Shown: piece after piece, positions 49,497 through 59,516 of the stretch
Numbering within the stretch: position 1 is the stretch's first letter
Layout: each line of letters starts with the position of its first letter
Assembly: GCA_965221695.1 (NCBI GenBank)
Contig: OZ244905.1
Coordinates: forward strand, 3,475,061-3,539,060
Direction: 5' to 3'
From: Gammaproteobacteria bacterium
GTDB taxonomy: Bacteria; Pseudomonadota; Gammaproteobacteria; Eutrophobiales; Eutrophobiaceae
DNA: 64,000 nucleotides
Program-made: the position numbers and the translations under genes
Notes under the pieces: generated by a model
Databases searched by the model: none
Told to the model about the DNA's origin: nothing
What the model saw: the letters and a program-made list of their open reading frames with translations, nothing else

Positions 49497-51812
49497 CTAA
49501 ACGCCGGGCTGAATAGCAGTGTCGGTACGGCGGCATTGGGTGTTTGCCAGCAGTGTTTCATAAGTCGTTTTTTTGCTTTCGGGCAGATGAGCGGCCCTTA
49601 GTTCCAATACTTCCAATAATGAGCAGGCCTGCTCCGGTCTCGTTGAATTTGAACGGATGCGAGTTCTTTGCAGCATGCCTTCCCACCACATCTCCATAGA
49701 TGGCGTCAACTTTTCGGTAATTACGCGCCAGGCCCTGTCTGCGGCAAAATGGTTTCCGCTCAGCTCGGCGCTGCGCGCCAGCAAACGCCAGGCATCGCCG
49801 GAATTCGGATGTTCACGGCTGAATGCCAACGCCTTGTTCAGGGCTGTTCTATGATCGCGTAGAGCAAGCAGGCTTTCAATGATGAGGCGATAAAGGCGAC
49901 GATCCATATCGGGCAGCGTTGCGGCGGCAGGGTGAACAGTCAGCGCCAGACTCAATCGTTCTGATACGTCTGCACGCGTTGCGATCCATGGATATATCAA
50001 CTCCCATGGGAGGGCGTGAGTATTCTTTCCTGCGAGCGTATTTAACCATTCCGTCAATCCTGACCAGTTACCCGAGCGGTCATATAATTGAAGCCGCGAC
50101 CATGATACGGCTTGATGAACCATTATATCGGGATGTTGGTCGGCGTTGACAAGCGCTGAGCTCAGCAACCTGATCAGTTCGTCGGGATGCTCCGCAATCA
50201 ACGCTTCTTGTTCTTCCGGTTCGAAATTTTTCAGATTCTCCAGGAATTCCAGAGAGTTGAGCAATTCTATAGGGTTTATGTCGATGAGCGCGCGCATCTG
50301 CAGTAGCGCCGCGATATTAAGCGGATTCTCCTGTTCTGTCTTGGGTAGCGCCTGGTATGCGTGCTTGCCTTGATGCGCCAACTCAAACGCGGTCTTCGTT
50401 TTGCCGGATGCGATCCTGGTGTTGAATTCACGGGCTATGATCTGAAATGTGGCGCGTTCCACTGCTCCATCGAACGCCTCTTTCGAACGGATTCGTCTGA
50501 GTATTTTCAGGGACGTATCCATATCTGTTGCGCTATGGGCCAGGTATAATCGGGCTTGCTCGGCTTCGGGATCATCAGGATTCTTGTCAATAAACTGCCG
50601 CGCGGCCTGCTGTAGAGTCTTGGAGTTGTTTTTTGTATCGTCTGTGTGCGCGCGCGCAACGTGAACAGTATAGAGTAACTTTACGGCCGCCTTGTCTACC
50701 TCAGCCGTCAATCCGTTCCTGCGCGTCAGACTTTCAAGGATACGCACAGCCGCCTGATAGTTCCCGGTCTTATAGGCCGCAAAAGCCCAATTATAGTAAG
50801 ACCTGTCAAGATTGACCTCTTGCGGTGGAATGACCTCCTTAAAAAAGGCTTCATATTTCTGCAATGCCTTCTGGTAATCTTCATGGCGGAGTCTGAATTC
50901 AGCGGCAGCCAGGTTGTTCCAGGGCGCGATCTTCAGCGCAGCAATTTCAGGGGCATAGGCCATCATGTCATCAAGCAATTGCTGGTCCAAGTAGCCGGCT
51001 TGTATGAGAGCTTGAAGACGCTGAGCAATTCCATTTAAGGTTCTTCCTTCGTCGCGGCTCTGCTCAAGCATGGCAAACATTTCCATGCGCAGCATTTCGG
51101 CCTGCTTTGCATCGATATTCCTGCCGGAGACGCCGAGAGCCCCTAGACGCGCTTCCTGTAAGCGTATTTCCAGTGAAATCGCCCTGCTTATTGTCTCATC
51201 AGGTAACGCCAATAACGCCTCATCCAGTTTGGCGAATATCTGTTGCGCGCGCGCGGTATGGCCCTGCTCCATCTCGACACAACCGATACCCAGCCATCCT
51301 CCGTAAAATATACCTGGCCGGAACAACTGCAATGAAGCTGTCTGAAAACCGCCACGCGCGCGGGCAAGGAGAATATCCTTTTCCGACCGGGCGCTTCGGG
51401 CCATTTCCAGGTCTATCCATGCAGCCCAATAGATAAACGACGCTTCAGCAAAGCTCAGATCATCCCAGGCCTGAGAACGGTACAAACGTTCCAATGCGGC
51501 TTCGTTTTGTCCGGTCTGTTGCTCAGCGTCAGCCAGAAGCTGTTCGACGCGTGACTGCATCGCGCCAAGCAGGCCTCGGGTTAACTCGAGTTTTTCCGGT
51601 CCCGTACTTTGTTTGCGGGCCCGGTCAACCACTCGACCTGTCTCTTCAGCGATGCCGGCAACGCGAGAGGCATCTGACACCGTGTTCAGTTCACTGGATA
51701 AGACTTGCAGTCGCTCGAGCACATCTCTACTTTCCACGGTGATTGCGGGCGCGCTCGGCAGTAGCAGGACCAGGGCCATTCCCAGCGTTGCTGTAAGCAT
51801 GATTTTGTTCAT
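49497..51812 (-). CDS. Large exported alpha-helical (TPR-like) protein
   Basis: 771 aa with signal peptide; TPR-like segments such as YNWAFAAYKTGNYQAAVRILE and HPNSGDAWRLLA. Confidence 0.65.
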   Translation of the reverse strand: MNKIMLTATLGMALVLLLPSAPAITVESRDVLERLQVLSSELNTVSDASRVAGIAEETGRVVDRARKQSTGPEKLELTRGLLGAMQSRVEQLLADAEQQTGQNEAALERLYRSQAWDDLSFAEASFIYWAAWIDLEMARSARSEKDILLARARGGFQTASLQLFRPGIFYGGWLGIGCVEMEQGHTARAQQIFAKLDEALLALPDETISRAISLEIRLQEARLGALGVSGRNIDAKQAEMLRMEMFAMLEQSRDEGRTLNGIAQRLQALIQAGYLDQQLLDDMMAYAPEIAALKIAPWNNLAAAEFRLRHEDYQKALQKYEAFFKEVIPPQEVNLDRSYYNWAFAAYKTGNYQAAVRILESLTRRNGLTAEVDKAAVKLLYTVHVARAHTDDTKNNSKTLQQAARQFIDKNPDDPEAEQARLYLAHSATDMDTSLKILRRIRSKEAFDGAVERATFQIIAREFNTRIASGKTKTAFELAHQGKHAYQALPKTEQENPLNIAALLQMRALIDINPIELLNSLEFLENLKNFEPEEQEALIAEHPDELIRLLSSALVNADQHPDIMVHQAVSWSRLQLYDRSGNWSGLTEWLNTLAGKNTHALPWELIYPWIATRADVSERLSLALTVHPAAATLPDMDRRLYRLIIESLLALRDHRTALNKALAFSREHPNSGDAWRLLARSAELSGNHFAADRAWRVITEKLTPSMEMWWEGMLQRTRIRSNSTRPEQACSLLEVLELRAAHLPESKKTTYETLLANTQCRRTDTAIQPGV

Positions 51813-51830
51813 GGAATCATTACCAAAACG

Positions 51831-52940
51831 TCATATCAGGTCCAGCAATGCTTGCATCTCGGAGGCAAATTGATCCCCCATGATCAGCTTTATCAGGCGT
51901 TTGGTCAGTCTGATTTCTCCGTCCAGCGTTGCAGCATCGCCATGTCCAGCTTCGCTGATCATCAGGAATTCAGGCATCGGCGCATTACGATACAAGTGTC
52001 GCGGGACTGAGCGGCCTATCCTTGCTTCCAACAGTTGCGGGTTGGCCTGTTCGCTGACATCAAGGGTAGAAACGGTACCGCCTGAATGACTGAACTGCTC
52101 TACCATTTGCACAACTTGATCCAGCTTTTCCTGCCGGACAGGCGCATCGCCCACCAGTATAATCAGCCTGCGCGCGCCAATACGCCAACCTGAGAGACTG
52201 ATAGCATCGGCCAAACCGCTATCGATTGCCTCAAACCAGTCGCCGCCACCCTCTGCGCTGAGTTCAGACAGGAAAAGCCGGAGTTTTACCGAGCTATAGG
52301 TCAGCGTTTGCGTGCGAGAGATAAACTCAGGGTCATCGAGGTCACGATAAGCGACGAAGCCGAAGCGAGCTATTGGCACCAGCGAGCGCACGAGCCGGAT
52401 TATATCTTCAATGCGTTGCTTTACTTCATCGATTACCCAGTCCATAGAGCCTGTGGCGTCGACGCAGAAAACCACATCCAGGCCGGCCTCGCGTAGGCCG
52501 GCAATGAAGGGGACGAAACGAGCCTTTCCGTCTCCCAGACCGTGACCCATGCCGATTTTGTAACCGCCCCGGCCGCTGCTGTTTCCGATTGAAACCAACG
52601 CGATATCTTGGGGGATATCGATACCTTGAAAACCTTGCCCCTGCGCTCTGAGTGAAATAAGAGAAGCAGGCGGGGGAGGCAGCGCGGCCTTAGGCGTAAT
52701 CAATATCTCAGGCGGATCGAAATCCAGTTCCTGTTCAAATTCAAGTTGTTGTTCCGTGATAGCCGGTTGTTCAAGCTCCAGTTCAGGTTCCTGTTGAATC
52801 AGGATCTCCACTTGTTCAGGCGCGATCCGCAAGGGTTGTGCGAGCCTGCCGCCTGCATGCCATAGCGCTAATGTGTGTACAAGCAATGAGAACAGCAGCA
52901 GGGACAGCCAGATAACAGAGCGCTTGACAGAAGCAGGCAT
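51831..52940 (-). CDS. Membrane-anchored protein with TonB-like N-terminus and C-terminal vWA domain
   Basis: TM with SLLVH, E/Q/P-rich linker, MIDAS DATGSM, GFVAYRD, GGGDWFEA and LVGDAP motifs. Confidence 0.82.
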   Translation of the reverse strand: MPASVKRSVIWLSLLLFSLLVHTLALWHAGGRLAQPLRIAPEQVEILIQQEPELELEQPAITEQQLEFEQELDFDPPEILITPKAALPPPPASLISLRAQGQGFQGIDIPQDIALVSIGNSSGRGGYKIGMGHGLGDGKARFVPFIAGLREAGLDVVFCVDATGSMDWVIDEVKQRIEDIIRLVRSLVPIARFGFVAYRDLDDPEFISRTQTLTYSSVKLRLFLSELSAEGGGDWFEAIDSGLADAISLSGWRIGARRLIILVGDAPVRQEKLDQVVQMVEQFSHSGGTVSTLDVSEQANPQLLEARIGRSVPRHLYRNAPMPEFLMISEAGHGDAATLDGEIRLTKRLIKLIMGDQFASEMQALLDLI

Positions 52941-52943
52941 TCA

Positions 52944-53020
52944 GCAACCTCTGATTAAGTCAGGTAGTCTTACGGTACATGGATGCGCGCGCCCTGACAA
53001 GCCAGCGCTTGTCAGGGCGC
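52944..53020. repeat. Degenerate copy of the miniature element
   Basis: GCAACCTCTGATTAAGTCAGG, then TACGGTACATGGATG and hairpin GCCCTGACAAG...CTTGTCAGGGC. Confidence 0.6.
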
Positions 53021-53443
53021 GCTAACTCCGGGCCGGGTAACCAGAACAAACCTGTATATACCTGCTTTTGACGCCGCGTTCATCAAGTCAGAAATGATCA
53101 GCGCATTCGCCTTGGCATCTGCATGAATCCTGAGTTTTTCATATCTCAGTTCCCGGGCAAGCGTCGTTGTTAATTCGGCGAGGTCGATAGAGCGAGCCTG
53201 AAACCATAGCTTGCCGTCATGGGCCACGTATACCACAGGGACATTCAGATTTGTTTCAGAATTCCGGGTCGATACCGGGAGGCTGATGTCAAAGTCGGGT
53301 TCCAGACTTCCCGCAACCATGAAATAGAGCAACAAAAGGAATATGACATTTATCATGGGAACCACATTTTCTTCCCGGTTTCTGTTGTCTTTTGGTTTGT
53401 GACGATACAGAATTCGGGACGGTCTGTGTCTTTTTTGCGCCAA
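53012..53443 (-). CDS. exbD: ExbD/TolR family protein
   Basis: VVPMINVIFLLLLYFMV TM (Asn at the usual Asp position); IHADAKA. Confidence 0.85.
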   Translation of the reverse strand: MAQKRHRPSRILYRHKPKDNRNREENVVPMINVIFLLLLYFMVAGSLEPDFDISLPVSTRNSETNLNVPVVYVAHDGKLWFQARSIDLAELTTTLARELRYEKLRIHADAKANALIISDLMNAASKAGIYRFVLVTRPGVSAP

Positions 53444-53458
53444 AGGGAAGGCTCTATA

Positions 53459-53875
53459 TCAGTCGAAATTTCGGGCAGTGGTCATTGAAATATTGGAAAT
53501 GCCGTGCCGGTTGAACAAGTCCATCACATCTACTGCGCGCTGCAACGTTACCGCCGGATCGAGACCGAGGTTAACGCGTGCATCGCCGGGAGCAGCGAGA
53601 CCTGCCGCATAATGCGACAAACTGTCGATATCAGTAGCGGATCCGTTTAGCCAGATCGCGCCGTTATCGTGTAATTCAATGAAAATCAGGTTCATATCGT
53701 TAGCGGCGCCGGCAACGCCGGCTGCTTTGCTGAATTCCATTGTGTGTGGGCGGAGAAAGTTGGTTTGCAGCATGAAAAATACCAATAGAATGAAAACACA
53801 GTCTATCAGCGGAGTCAGCGACAAACGTCTGTTGCGCCGCCTGGGTTTTATTTCATGGAAGGTTCTGGCTGCCAT
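53459..53875 (-). CDS. exbD: ExbD/TolR family protein
   Basis: LTPLIDCVFILLVFFML TM with the conserved Asp. Confidence 0.9.
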   Translation of the reverse strand: MAARTFHEIKPRRRNRRLSLTPLIDCVFILLVFFMLQTNFLRPHTMEFSKAAGVAGAANDMNLIFIELHDNGAIWLNGSATDIDSLSHYAAGLAAPGDARVNLGLDPAVTLQRAVDVMDLFNRHGISNISMTTARNFD

Positions 53876-53904
53876 GTTTATGATTTTCTTTTGAGAAATC
53901 CGGT

Positions 53905-54537
53905 TCAGGAAAGAGCCGGTAGTGTCAGAGCCCGGCTGAATACATCATTGACCAGATTGGTAAGCGCTTCCAACTTTGCCTCAAGCAACGCGTGCAGAAT
54001 GGCAAAACATATCGCCACGGACAGCCCCACCGCCGTTGTCAATAATGCCTCCCAGATGCCGCCGGCTAAAGCGGTCGACTCCGCGACGGAACCGGCGTTG
54101 GAGGCCAGGCCCTGGAAGGCATCGATCATGCCGAGGACAGTGCCCAGCAGTCCAAGCACAGGCGCAAGCGTGTAGATCAACTCGAGTAGCCGGAGGTTTT
54201 TTGCATACTCACGCAGAAATTCAGAGCAGCGGCGCAGGCTTTCATCGTACAGGTAATCGCTGTCTGTCGTGGTATGCTGTTCCAGAACAAATTTCAGATC
54301 GCCGGCAATGGTCAGCGGCGACTTGTCAAAAATATCCAGCGCGCGTTCTGTTTTGCCTTTGTGCCACTGTTCTACTGCCTGGTAGAGACGCTGTAATGTG
54401 GATTCGCTGGCCTTTGAAAACTGCAGAAATTTATGTAGGGCCAACGCCAGTCCAAGCGCCGAGGTTACGAGTAAAATGACAACAATCGGTCCCCCAAGCG
54501 TCAATAGTGTCAGGATGTCTTCAATAATTTCCGACAA
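53905..54537 (-). CDS. exbB: ExbB/TolQ/MotA proton-channel protein
   Basis: APVLGLLGTVLGMI and GIWEALLTTAVGL motifs. Confidence 0.9.
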   Translation of the reverse strand: MSEIIEDILTLLTLGGPIVVILLVTSALGLALALHKFLQFSKASESTLQRLYQAVEQWHKGKTERALDIFDKSPLTIAGDLKFVLEQHTTTDSDYLYDESLRRCSEFLREYAKNLRLLELIYTLAPVLGLLGTVLGMIDAFQGLASNAGSVAESTALAGGIWEALLTTAVGLSVAICFAILHALLEAKLEALTNLVNDVFSRALTLPALS

Positions 54538-54601
54538 TGGCTTGTGCTCGCTGATGGTCTAAAATCTGTTGCTGACACAGCGTAGTCAAGAACGATTCAA
54601 T

Positions 54602-55645
54602 CTAACGCAGTGGTTTTCCCACTCGTTCTATGAACATGCTGATGAAGCGCGGCCAATCGAGATCATACTGGACTTCCATCTGCTTTGCGCCCTCTGCGCC
54701 AGGCCATAACCTGCGTCCGCCTACCGAGACTCCGTAGTTGATGCCATGCCGGATGTCAACGTCAACGAACAAGCGTTCTCTGCTCACGAGCGTTGGGTCG
54801 ATAACACTAGCCATCGCGATTTGATCATACATGAAATCAATACGGTTCGGTTGTTCTGAAAAATGTTTCCCCAGGGTGTCTTTTAAAAGCCGGGTCAGCG
54901 GGGTGTCAGTTGCCACCAGTTTGTCATACCAGACCTTGGTTAACTTACTCTTCCTGGAAACATTCAGCGGTGACAGTTCAATCGGGATGCCTGAGCGGAG
55001 AGTGATATACGCAGCTTCGGGATCCACCCAGAAATTAAATTCCGCATTAGGAGTCAAATTCCCGCCTCCATCAGGGAGTATCGCAACCGCGCCACCCATG
55101 ATGACCATGCGTTTTACGTTTTTTGCAACGTCAGAGTGTGCCCGAATAGCCTGTGCGACATTGGTCAGCGGCCCGATCGCTACGAGTGTTATCTCTCCGG
55201 GGTTTGCCAGTATCGTATTAACAATAAAAGAGACCGCGCTGTCCGTTTCTGCTGTTTTCACTGCGTAACCGCCAGGTGGGACGGGTGGGGTCTCGTTTGA
55301 ATACCAGTTGCCGTATTCATGCACTGCAAAATCACTCTTTTCGTGTACAAGCGGCATGTCAGCGCCCCGATAGACCGGAATATTGGTTTGTTCCGCAATT
55401 TCGAGCATGCGCAATACGTCGGATGTGGCGCGTTCCACGCTATCATTGCCGGCCACTGTGGTTATGCCCAGTATTTCAATTTCCGGAGACTGTAATGCCA
55501 GCATCAACGCCATGCTGTCATCCTGGGGCGGCATCACAAAATCCGTGTCAAAAATAATCCTGGTTCGTTCAGCGCCCAGCAGATTGCCCGCGGACGCCAA
55601 TACAAGCGCTACAGCAGTGAAAAGATACAATAACATTTTACCCAT
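54602..55645 (-). CDS. Inosine/uridine-preferring nucleoside hydrolase with signal peptide
   Basis: DTD...DD, TTVAGN, IGPLTN, MGG and AEFNFWVDPEAA motifs; hydrophobic N-terminal leader. Confidence 0.9.
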   Translation of the reverse strand: MGKMLLYLFTAVALVLASAGNLLGAERTRIIFDTDFVMPPQDDSMALMLALQSPEIEILGITTVAGNDSVERATSDVLRMLEIAEQTNIPVYRGADMPLVHEKSDFAVHEYGNWYSNETPPVPPGGYAVKTAETDSAVSFIVNTILANPGEITLVAIGPLTNVAQAIRAHSDVAKNVKRMVIMGGAVAILPDGGGNLTPNAEFNFWVDPEAAYITLRSGIPIELSPLNVSRKSKLTKVWYDKLVATDTPLTRLLKDTLGKHFSEQPNRIDFMYDQIAMASVIDPTLVSRERLFVDVDIRHGINYGVSVGGRRLWPGAEGAKQMEVQYDLDWPRFISMFIERVGKPLR

Positions 55646-55690
55646 CAGACGAACCTCATATCCGCACAGCAAACCAGACAACAGGCTTAA

Positions 55691-55762
55691 TGAACCTCTG
55701 AACAAGTCCAGAGCCTGTCCTCTGCCTGATGCAGGAACAGAATGGACTTATTGCAAGCTTCC
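55691..55762. repeat. Degenerate copy of the miniature element
   Basis: TTAA-TGAACCTCTGAACAAGTCC...GGACTTATTGCAAGCTTCC. Confidence 0.6.
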
Positions 55763-55823
55763 ATAATATAATTCCTTGAAAGAGTACTAGTTGCATACCG
55801 GTTATTCAACCACCATATCTTAT

Positions 55824-56795
55824 ATGCGCGACATCCTGAAATCTTCGACAGTTCTTCTATGCCTGTCGGTCGCAATATCCTGCGGCAAATCAGAACAGAC
55901 CGATCAGGTCTCTGCCCGTGGGGAAGCAGGAGTTCAGCGCCCGCTGGTTGCCCTGATCATGAAATCTCTCGCCAATGAATTTTTCGTGACCATGGCGGAT
56001 GGCGCCCGGGAACACCAGGAATTGAATGCGGAGCGATACGACCTGATCATCAATGGGATAAAGAATGAAGTGGATCTCGCGCAGCAGGTTGCCCTGATCG
56101 ATCAGATGATAGCCTCCGAGGTCGACGCAATTGTCATTTCCCCGGCAGACTCCAAGGCCGTTGTTCCCGCGCTGGCGCGCGCCCATGCCGCCGGCATTAC
56201 GATTATCAACATAGACAACAGGCTGGAGCAGGCAATACTCGATGAATTTGAACTGCGCATTCCATTTGTGGGCCCGGATAACTTTAAGGGCGCGCAAATG
56301 GTGGGTGAACACCTGGCGTCTACGCTCTCTCCAGGGTCTCAAGTCGCGATACTCGAAGGCGTGCCGACGGCGTTTAATTCGCAGCAGCGCAGCGCGGGGT
56401 TTCGCAAGGCCATGGTAGACTCGGGTATGAATATCGTTGCTCAACAAAGCGCGCAATGGGACCAGACTTTGGCAGTGACTGTCAGCGCTGCCATCCTGGT
56501 GCAGTTCCCGGAATTGGCGGCGATTTTATGTTCCAACGATAACATGGCCCTGGGCGCGGCCGCGGCTGTTGCCCAGGTTGGCAAGGACAAGCAGGTGAAG
56601 ATCGTCGGTTTTGATAATATTTCCGCGCTGCATAGCCTCATCAGGGAAGGGCGCGTGCTTGCAACCATCGATCAGCATGCGGACTTGTTGGCTGTGTATG
56701 GCATCGAATACGCGCTGGACGCGCTCTCTTCGGATTTGCCGTTGCAGGACAAACAAACCCCGATAGACCTGATTACCCGAACTTCCATCGAGTAA
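55824..56795 (+). CDS. rbsB: Ribose-type sugar ABC substrate-binding lipoprotein
   Basis: Lipobox AISC; KSLANEFF, VGPDN, NDNMALGA and VGFD motifs. Confidence 0.8.
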   Translation: MRDILKSSTVLLCLSVAISCGKSEQTDQVSARGEAGVQRPLVALIMKSLANEFFVTMADGAREHQELNAERYDLIINGIKNEVDLAQQVALIDQMIASEVDAIVISPADSKAVVPALARAHAAGITIINIDNRLEQAILDEFELRIPFVGPDNFKGAQMVGEHLASTLSPGSQVAILEGVPTAFNSQQRSAGFRKAMVDSGMNIVAQQSAQWDQTLAVTVSAAILVQFPELAAILCSNDNMALGAAAAVAQVGKDKQVKIVGFDNISALHSLIREGRVLATIDQHADLLAVYGIEYALDALSSDLPLQDKQTPIDLITRTSIE

Positions 56796-56802
56796 CCGGC
56801 AG

Positions 56803-58335
56803 ATGGCGACGGCTCGTTTAAGTATACAAAACCTTAACAAGTCGTATTCAGCGCCGGTCCTGACAGATGTCAGCCTGACCGTGGAGCGCGGTGAGATACA
56901 TGCAATTGTCGGCGAGAACGGCGCCGGCAAAACCACGCTCGGCGGCATTCTGGCCGGTTTTACCGCCAGGGACAGCGGCAGGATAATGCTCGATGGCGCT
57001 GACTACCGGCCAGCCAATCCAAAACAGGCTTATTTTGCCGGGATTTCCTGCGCGACTCAGGAATTGAGTTTGATTGATTCACTCAGTGTTGCTGAGAATA
57101 TTGCGATACGAAACCTGCCCCGCAGCTACTCCTTCATAACAAAGCGGGAACTGCAACGCCGCGCCGAATCATTGCTTGCTACTGTCGGGCTTGCCTGGCT
57201 GGACGCGGACGCGCAGCTTGCGACCCTGAGTCTTGCTGAACGCCAACTGGTTGAATTGGCAAAGTCTCTTGCCATGGATTGCAAGGCGCTGATCCTGGAT
57301 GAGCCGACCGCGGCGCTGACCTCCGAGCAAGCTGCCCATGTGCATGAAATCATTACACAACTGGCACAATCCGGCGTCTCGGTAATATATATCAGCCACC
57401 GGCTGAAAGATGTGCTTGAAGTATCTGATACCGTCACCATCCTCAGGGATGGCCGGGTTGTGACCAGCGCGCCGGCAGCCACCTTGAGCGTGGCGCGCCT
57501 GGTGCAGTACATGAGTGGGAACGTGCGCTCCGAACATCAACACAGACTGCCCGTTGCCGGCCGGACGGCAATACCAGCGCTGGATGCGCATCAGATTACC
57601 ACTGAAGAACTTCCCGATGAGATAAGCTTCAGATGTGATATGGGAGAAATCATCGGCATTGCGGGTTTGTCCGGTTCGGGACGCAGTGAATTACTGAATG
57701 CATTATTCGGTTTGAGTCCGTTAACAGGCGGACGTATCAGTCGGTATGCCGACACAGAAGCAATCAATATCGATAACCCGGGGACAGCAAAAAGAGCAGG
57801 GATGGCATACCTGGGAGAGGATCGGCAGTCCATGGGCTTGTATTCGGGCCATTCAATTCTAATGAATATGATGATTCCCGGCAAGTCGAGTGGATTTACC
57901 CCGCTGAAGAAGAAAAGCGAAGCCGGCGCCGGCGCGGAACTGGTGAAAACGCTTGGCATAAAATGCAATGGCCTGGACCAGGATATAGACCAGCTTAGCG
58001 GGGGCAATCAGCAGAAAATCCTGCTCGCCAGGTGGTTGCATTGCAAGGCAGACGTTTTTCTGTTGGATGAGCCTACGCGAGGGATCGATGTAGGCGCCCG
58101 GAACATGATCTATAATCTGCTGTCATCCCTGCGCAATGCGCGCAAGACCATTTTGATCGCCTCAAGTGAAATAGAGGAGTTGATGGCGTTGTGTGATCGC
58201 ATCCTGGTCATGTCTAACAGGAAGCTGGCGCATGAATTTGTCGCAGGCGACTGGTCGGAAGCGGGCATTTTGGCTGCCTGCTTCAGCGAGTACGTGACGC
58301 AGACTAACGGGGGCATGCACCAGGCGACCATCTGA
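56803..58335 (+). CDS. rbsA: Sugar ABC ATP-binding protein (two ATPase domains)
   Basis: GENGAGKT, LDEPT, LSGGNQQK and DEPTRGIDVGA motifs. Confidence 0.85.
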   Translation: MATARLSIQNLNKSYSAPVLTDVSLTVERGEIHAIVGENGAGKTTLGGILAGFTARDSGRIMLDGADYRPANPKQAYFAGISCATQELSLIDSLSVAENIAIRNLPRSYSFITKRELQRRAESLLATVGLAWLDADAQLATLSLAERQLVELAKSLAMDCKALILDEPTAALTSEQAAHVHEIITQLAQSGVSVIYISHRLKDVLEVSDTVTILRDGRVVTSAPAATLSVARLVQYMSGNVRSEHQHRLPVAGRTAIPALDAHQITTEELPDEISFRCDMGEIIGIAGLSGSGRSELLNALFGLSPLTGGRISRYADTEAINIDNPGTAKRAGMAYLGEDRQSMGLYSGHSILMNMMIPGKSSGFTPLKKKSEAGAGAELVKTLGIKCNGLDQDIDQLSGGNQQKILLARWLHCKADVFLLDEPTRGIDVGARNMIYNLLSSLRNARKTILIASSEIEELMALCDRILVMSNRKLAHEFVAGDWSEAGILAACFSEYVTQTNGGMHQATI

Positions 58336-58371
58336 AGCCGCTGGCTGATACAACAAAATCTCGGGCCGGCA

Positions 58372-58421
58372 TGGGACCGCGGGCATCCCGCCTGCCTACG
58401 GGCGGCACGCTCGCGGTCCCA
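58372..58421. repeat. GC-rich REP-like inverted repeat
   Basis: TGGGACCGCGGGCATCCCGCC...GGGCGGCACGCTCGCGGTCCCA. Confidence 0.6.
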
Positions 58422-58468
58422 GAGTGGGCTTGCCGCCATCCCTTTCCGGTACAGCGATTGCGAGTTAA

Positions 58469-58496
58469 GAACCTCTGATTAGGTCTCACAGCTTCC
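58469..58496. repeat. Degenerate minimal copy of the miniature element
   Basis: TTAA-GAACCTCTGATTAGGTCTCACAGCTTCC-TTAA. Confidence 0.65.
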
Positions 58497-58504
58497 TTAA
58501 CTTT

Positions 58505-59488
58505 ATGAACATGAAAACAACATTGTCTTTCCTCAAGCGAACTGGCGCTACATCAGGGTTAGCCAGGGAGCGCTTTATTTTTGCTTCCCTGCTGTTGTTA
58601 ATTGTCTTTTTTAGTCTGGCTGCGGATAATTTCTTTAGCTTAGTCACACTCAGGACCATTCTGAACCAGTTGCCGGCGTTGACGATTGTGACAGTTGGCA
58701 TGACGCTTGTTCTAATCGTGGGCGGCATTGACTTGTCCGTCGGGTCGGTGCTTGGACTCAGCGCCACAGTTGTCGGTATGGCGATGATCGGCTGGGGCCT
58801 TCCGGTCTCAAGCGCGTGCCTGTTGGGGATAGGCGCCGGGATACTGTGTGGGGTAATGAACGGTTTCCTGGTGTCGTACCTGGCATTGCCCGCTTTTATC
58901 GTGACCTTGGGGATGCTGGAAATGGCCCGCGGCCTGGCTTACATGACGACCAACTCTCAGACAATGTATATCGGCGCTGCGATTCAGGAACTGGCGCTGC
59001 CCGCGTCAGGGAGCGCTGTTTCCCTGGCATTGATTGTCGCTTTATTGACAGTTGTGCTTGCCCATCTGATGTTGACTAAAACAGCGCCGGGACGGTATGT
59101 AATTGCTGTGGGCGCCAACGCCCGCGCGGCGCGGATGTCGGGCATCGATACCAGGTTGTATCGTTTCCTTATGCTTGTTCTGTCGGGCGCCTTGGCAGGT
59201 CTTGCAGGCGTGTTCAATGTTGCTTATCTGGGCGCGGCTGACCCGAATGCAGGTTCCGGCATGGAGTTAGCGGCAATTGCCGCGGCCGTCATTGGCGGCA
59301 CGAGTTTAATGGGAGGTAGGGGCACGATCCTGGGCGCATTTGCAGGAGTCCTGATCATTGCGATCCTGCAAAACGGACTGGCTCAACTGGGCGTTTCCGA
59401 GCCGGCAAAGCGCCTGATAACAGGGAGTGTGATTATTATTGCCGTCTTTCTCGACAGTTGGCGTAACCGCAAGGGCGCGGCGCCATAA
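58505..59488 (+). CDS. rbsC: Sugar ABC permease
   Basis: GGIDLSVGS, PAFIVTLG and ELAAIAAAVIGGTSLMGG motifs. Confidence 0.85.
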   Translation: MNMKTTLSFLKRTGATSGLARERFIFASLLLLIVFFSLAADNFFSLVTLRTILNQLPALTIVTVGMTLVLIVGGIDLSVGSVLGLSATVVGMAMIGWGLPVSSACLLGIGAGILCGVMNGFLVSYLALPAFIVTLGMLEMARGLAYMTTNSQTMYIGAAIQELALPASGSAVSLALIVALLTVVLAHLMLTKTAPGRYVIAVGANARAARMSGIDTRLYRFLMLVLSGALAGLAGVFNVAYLGAADPNAGSGMELAAIAAAVIGGTSLMGGRGTILGAFAGVLIIAILQNGLAQLGVSEPAKRLITGSVIIIAVFLDSWRNRKGAAP

Positions 59489-59516
59489 AAAGACTCAATT
59501 CAGGCCGGGTTAGTCA

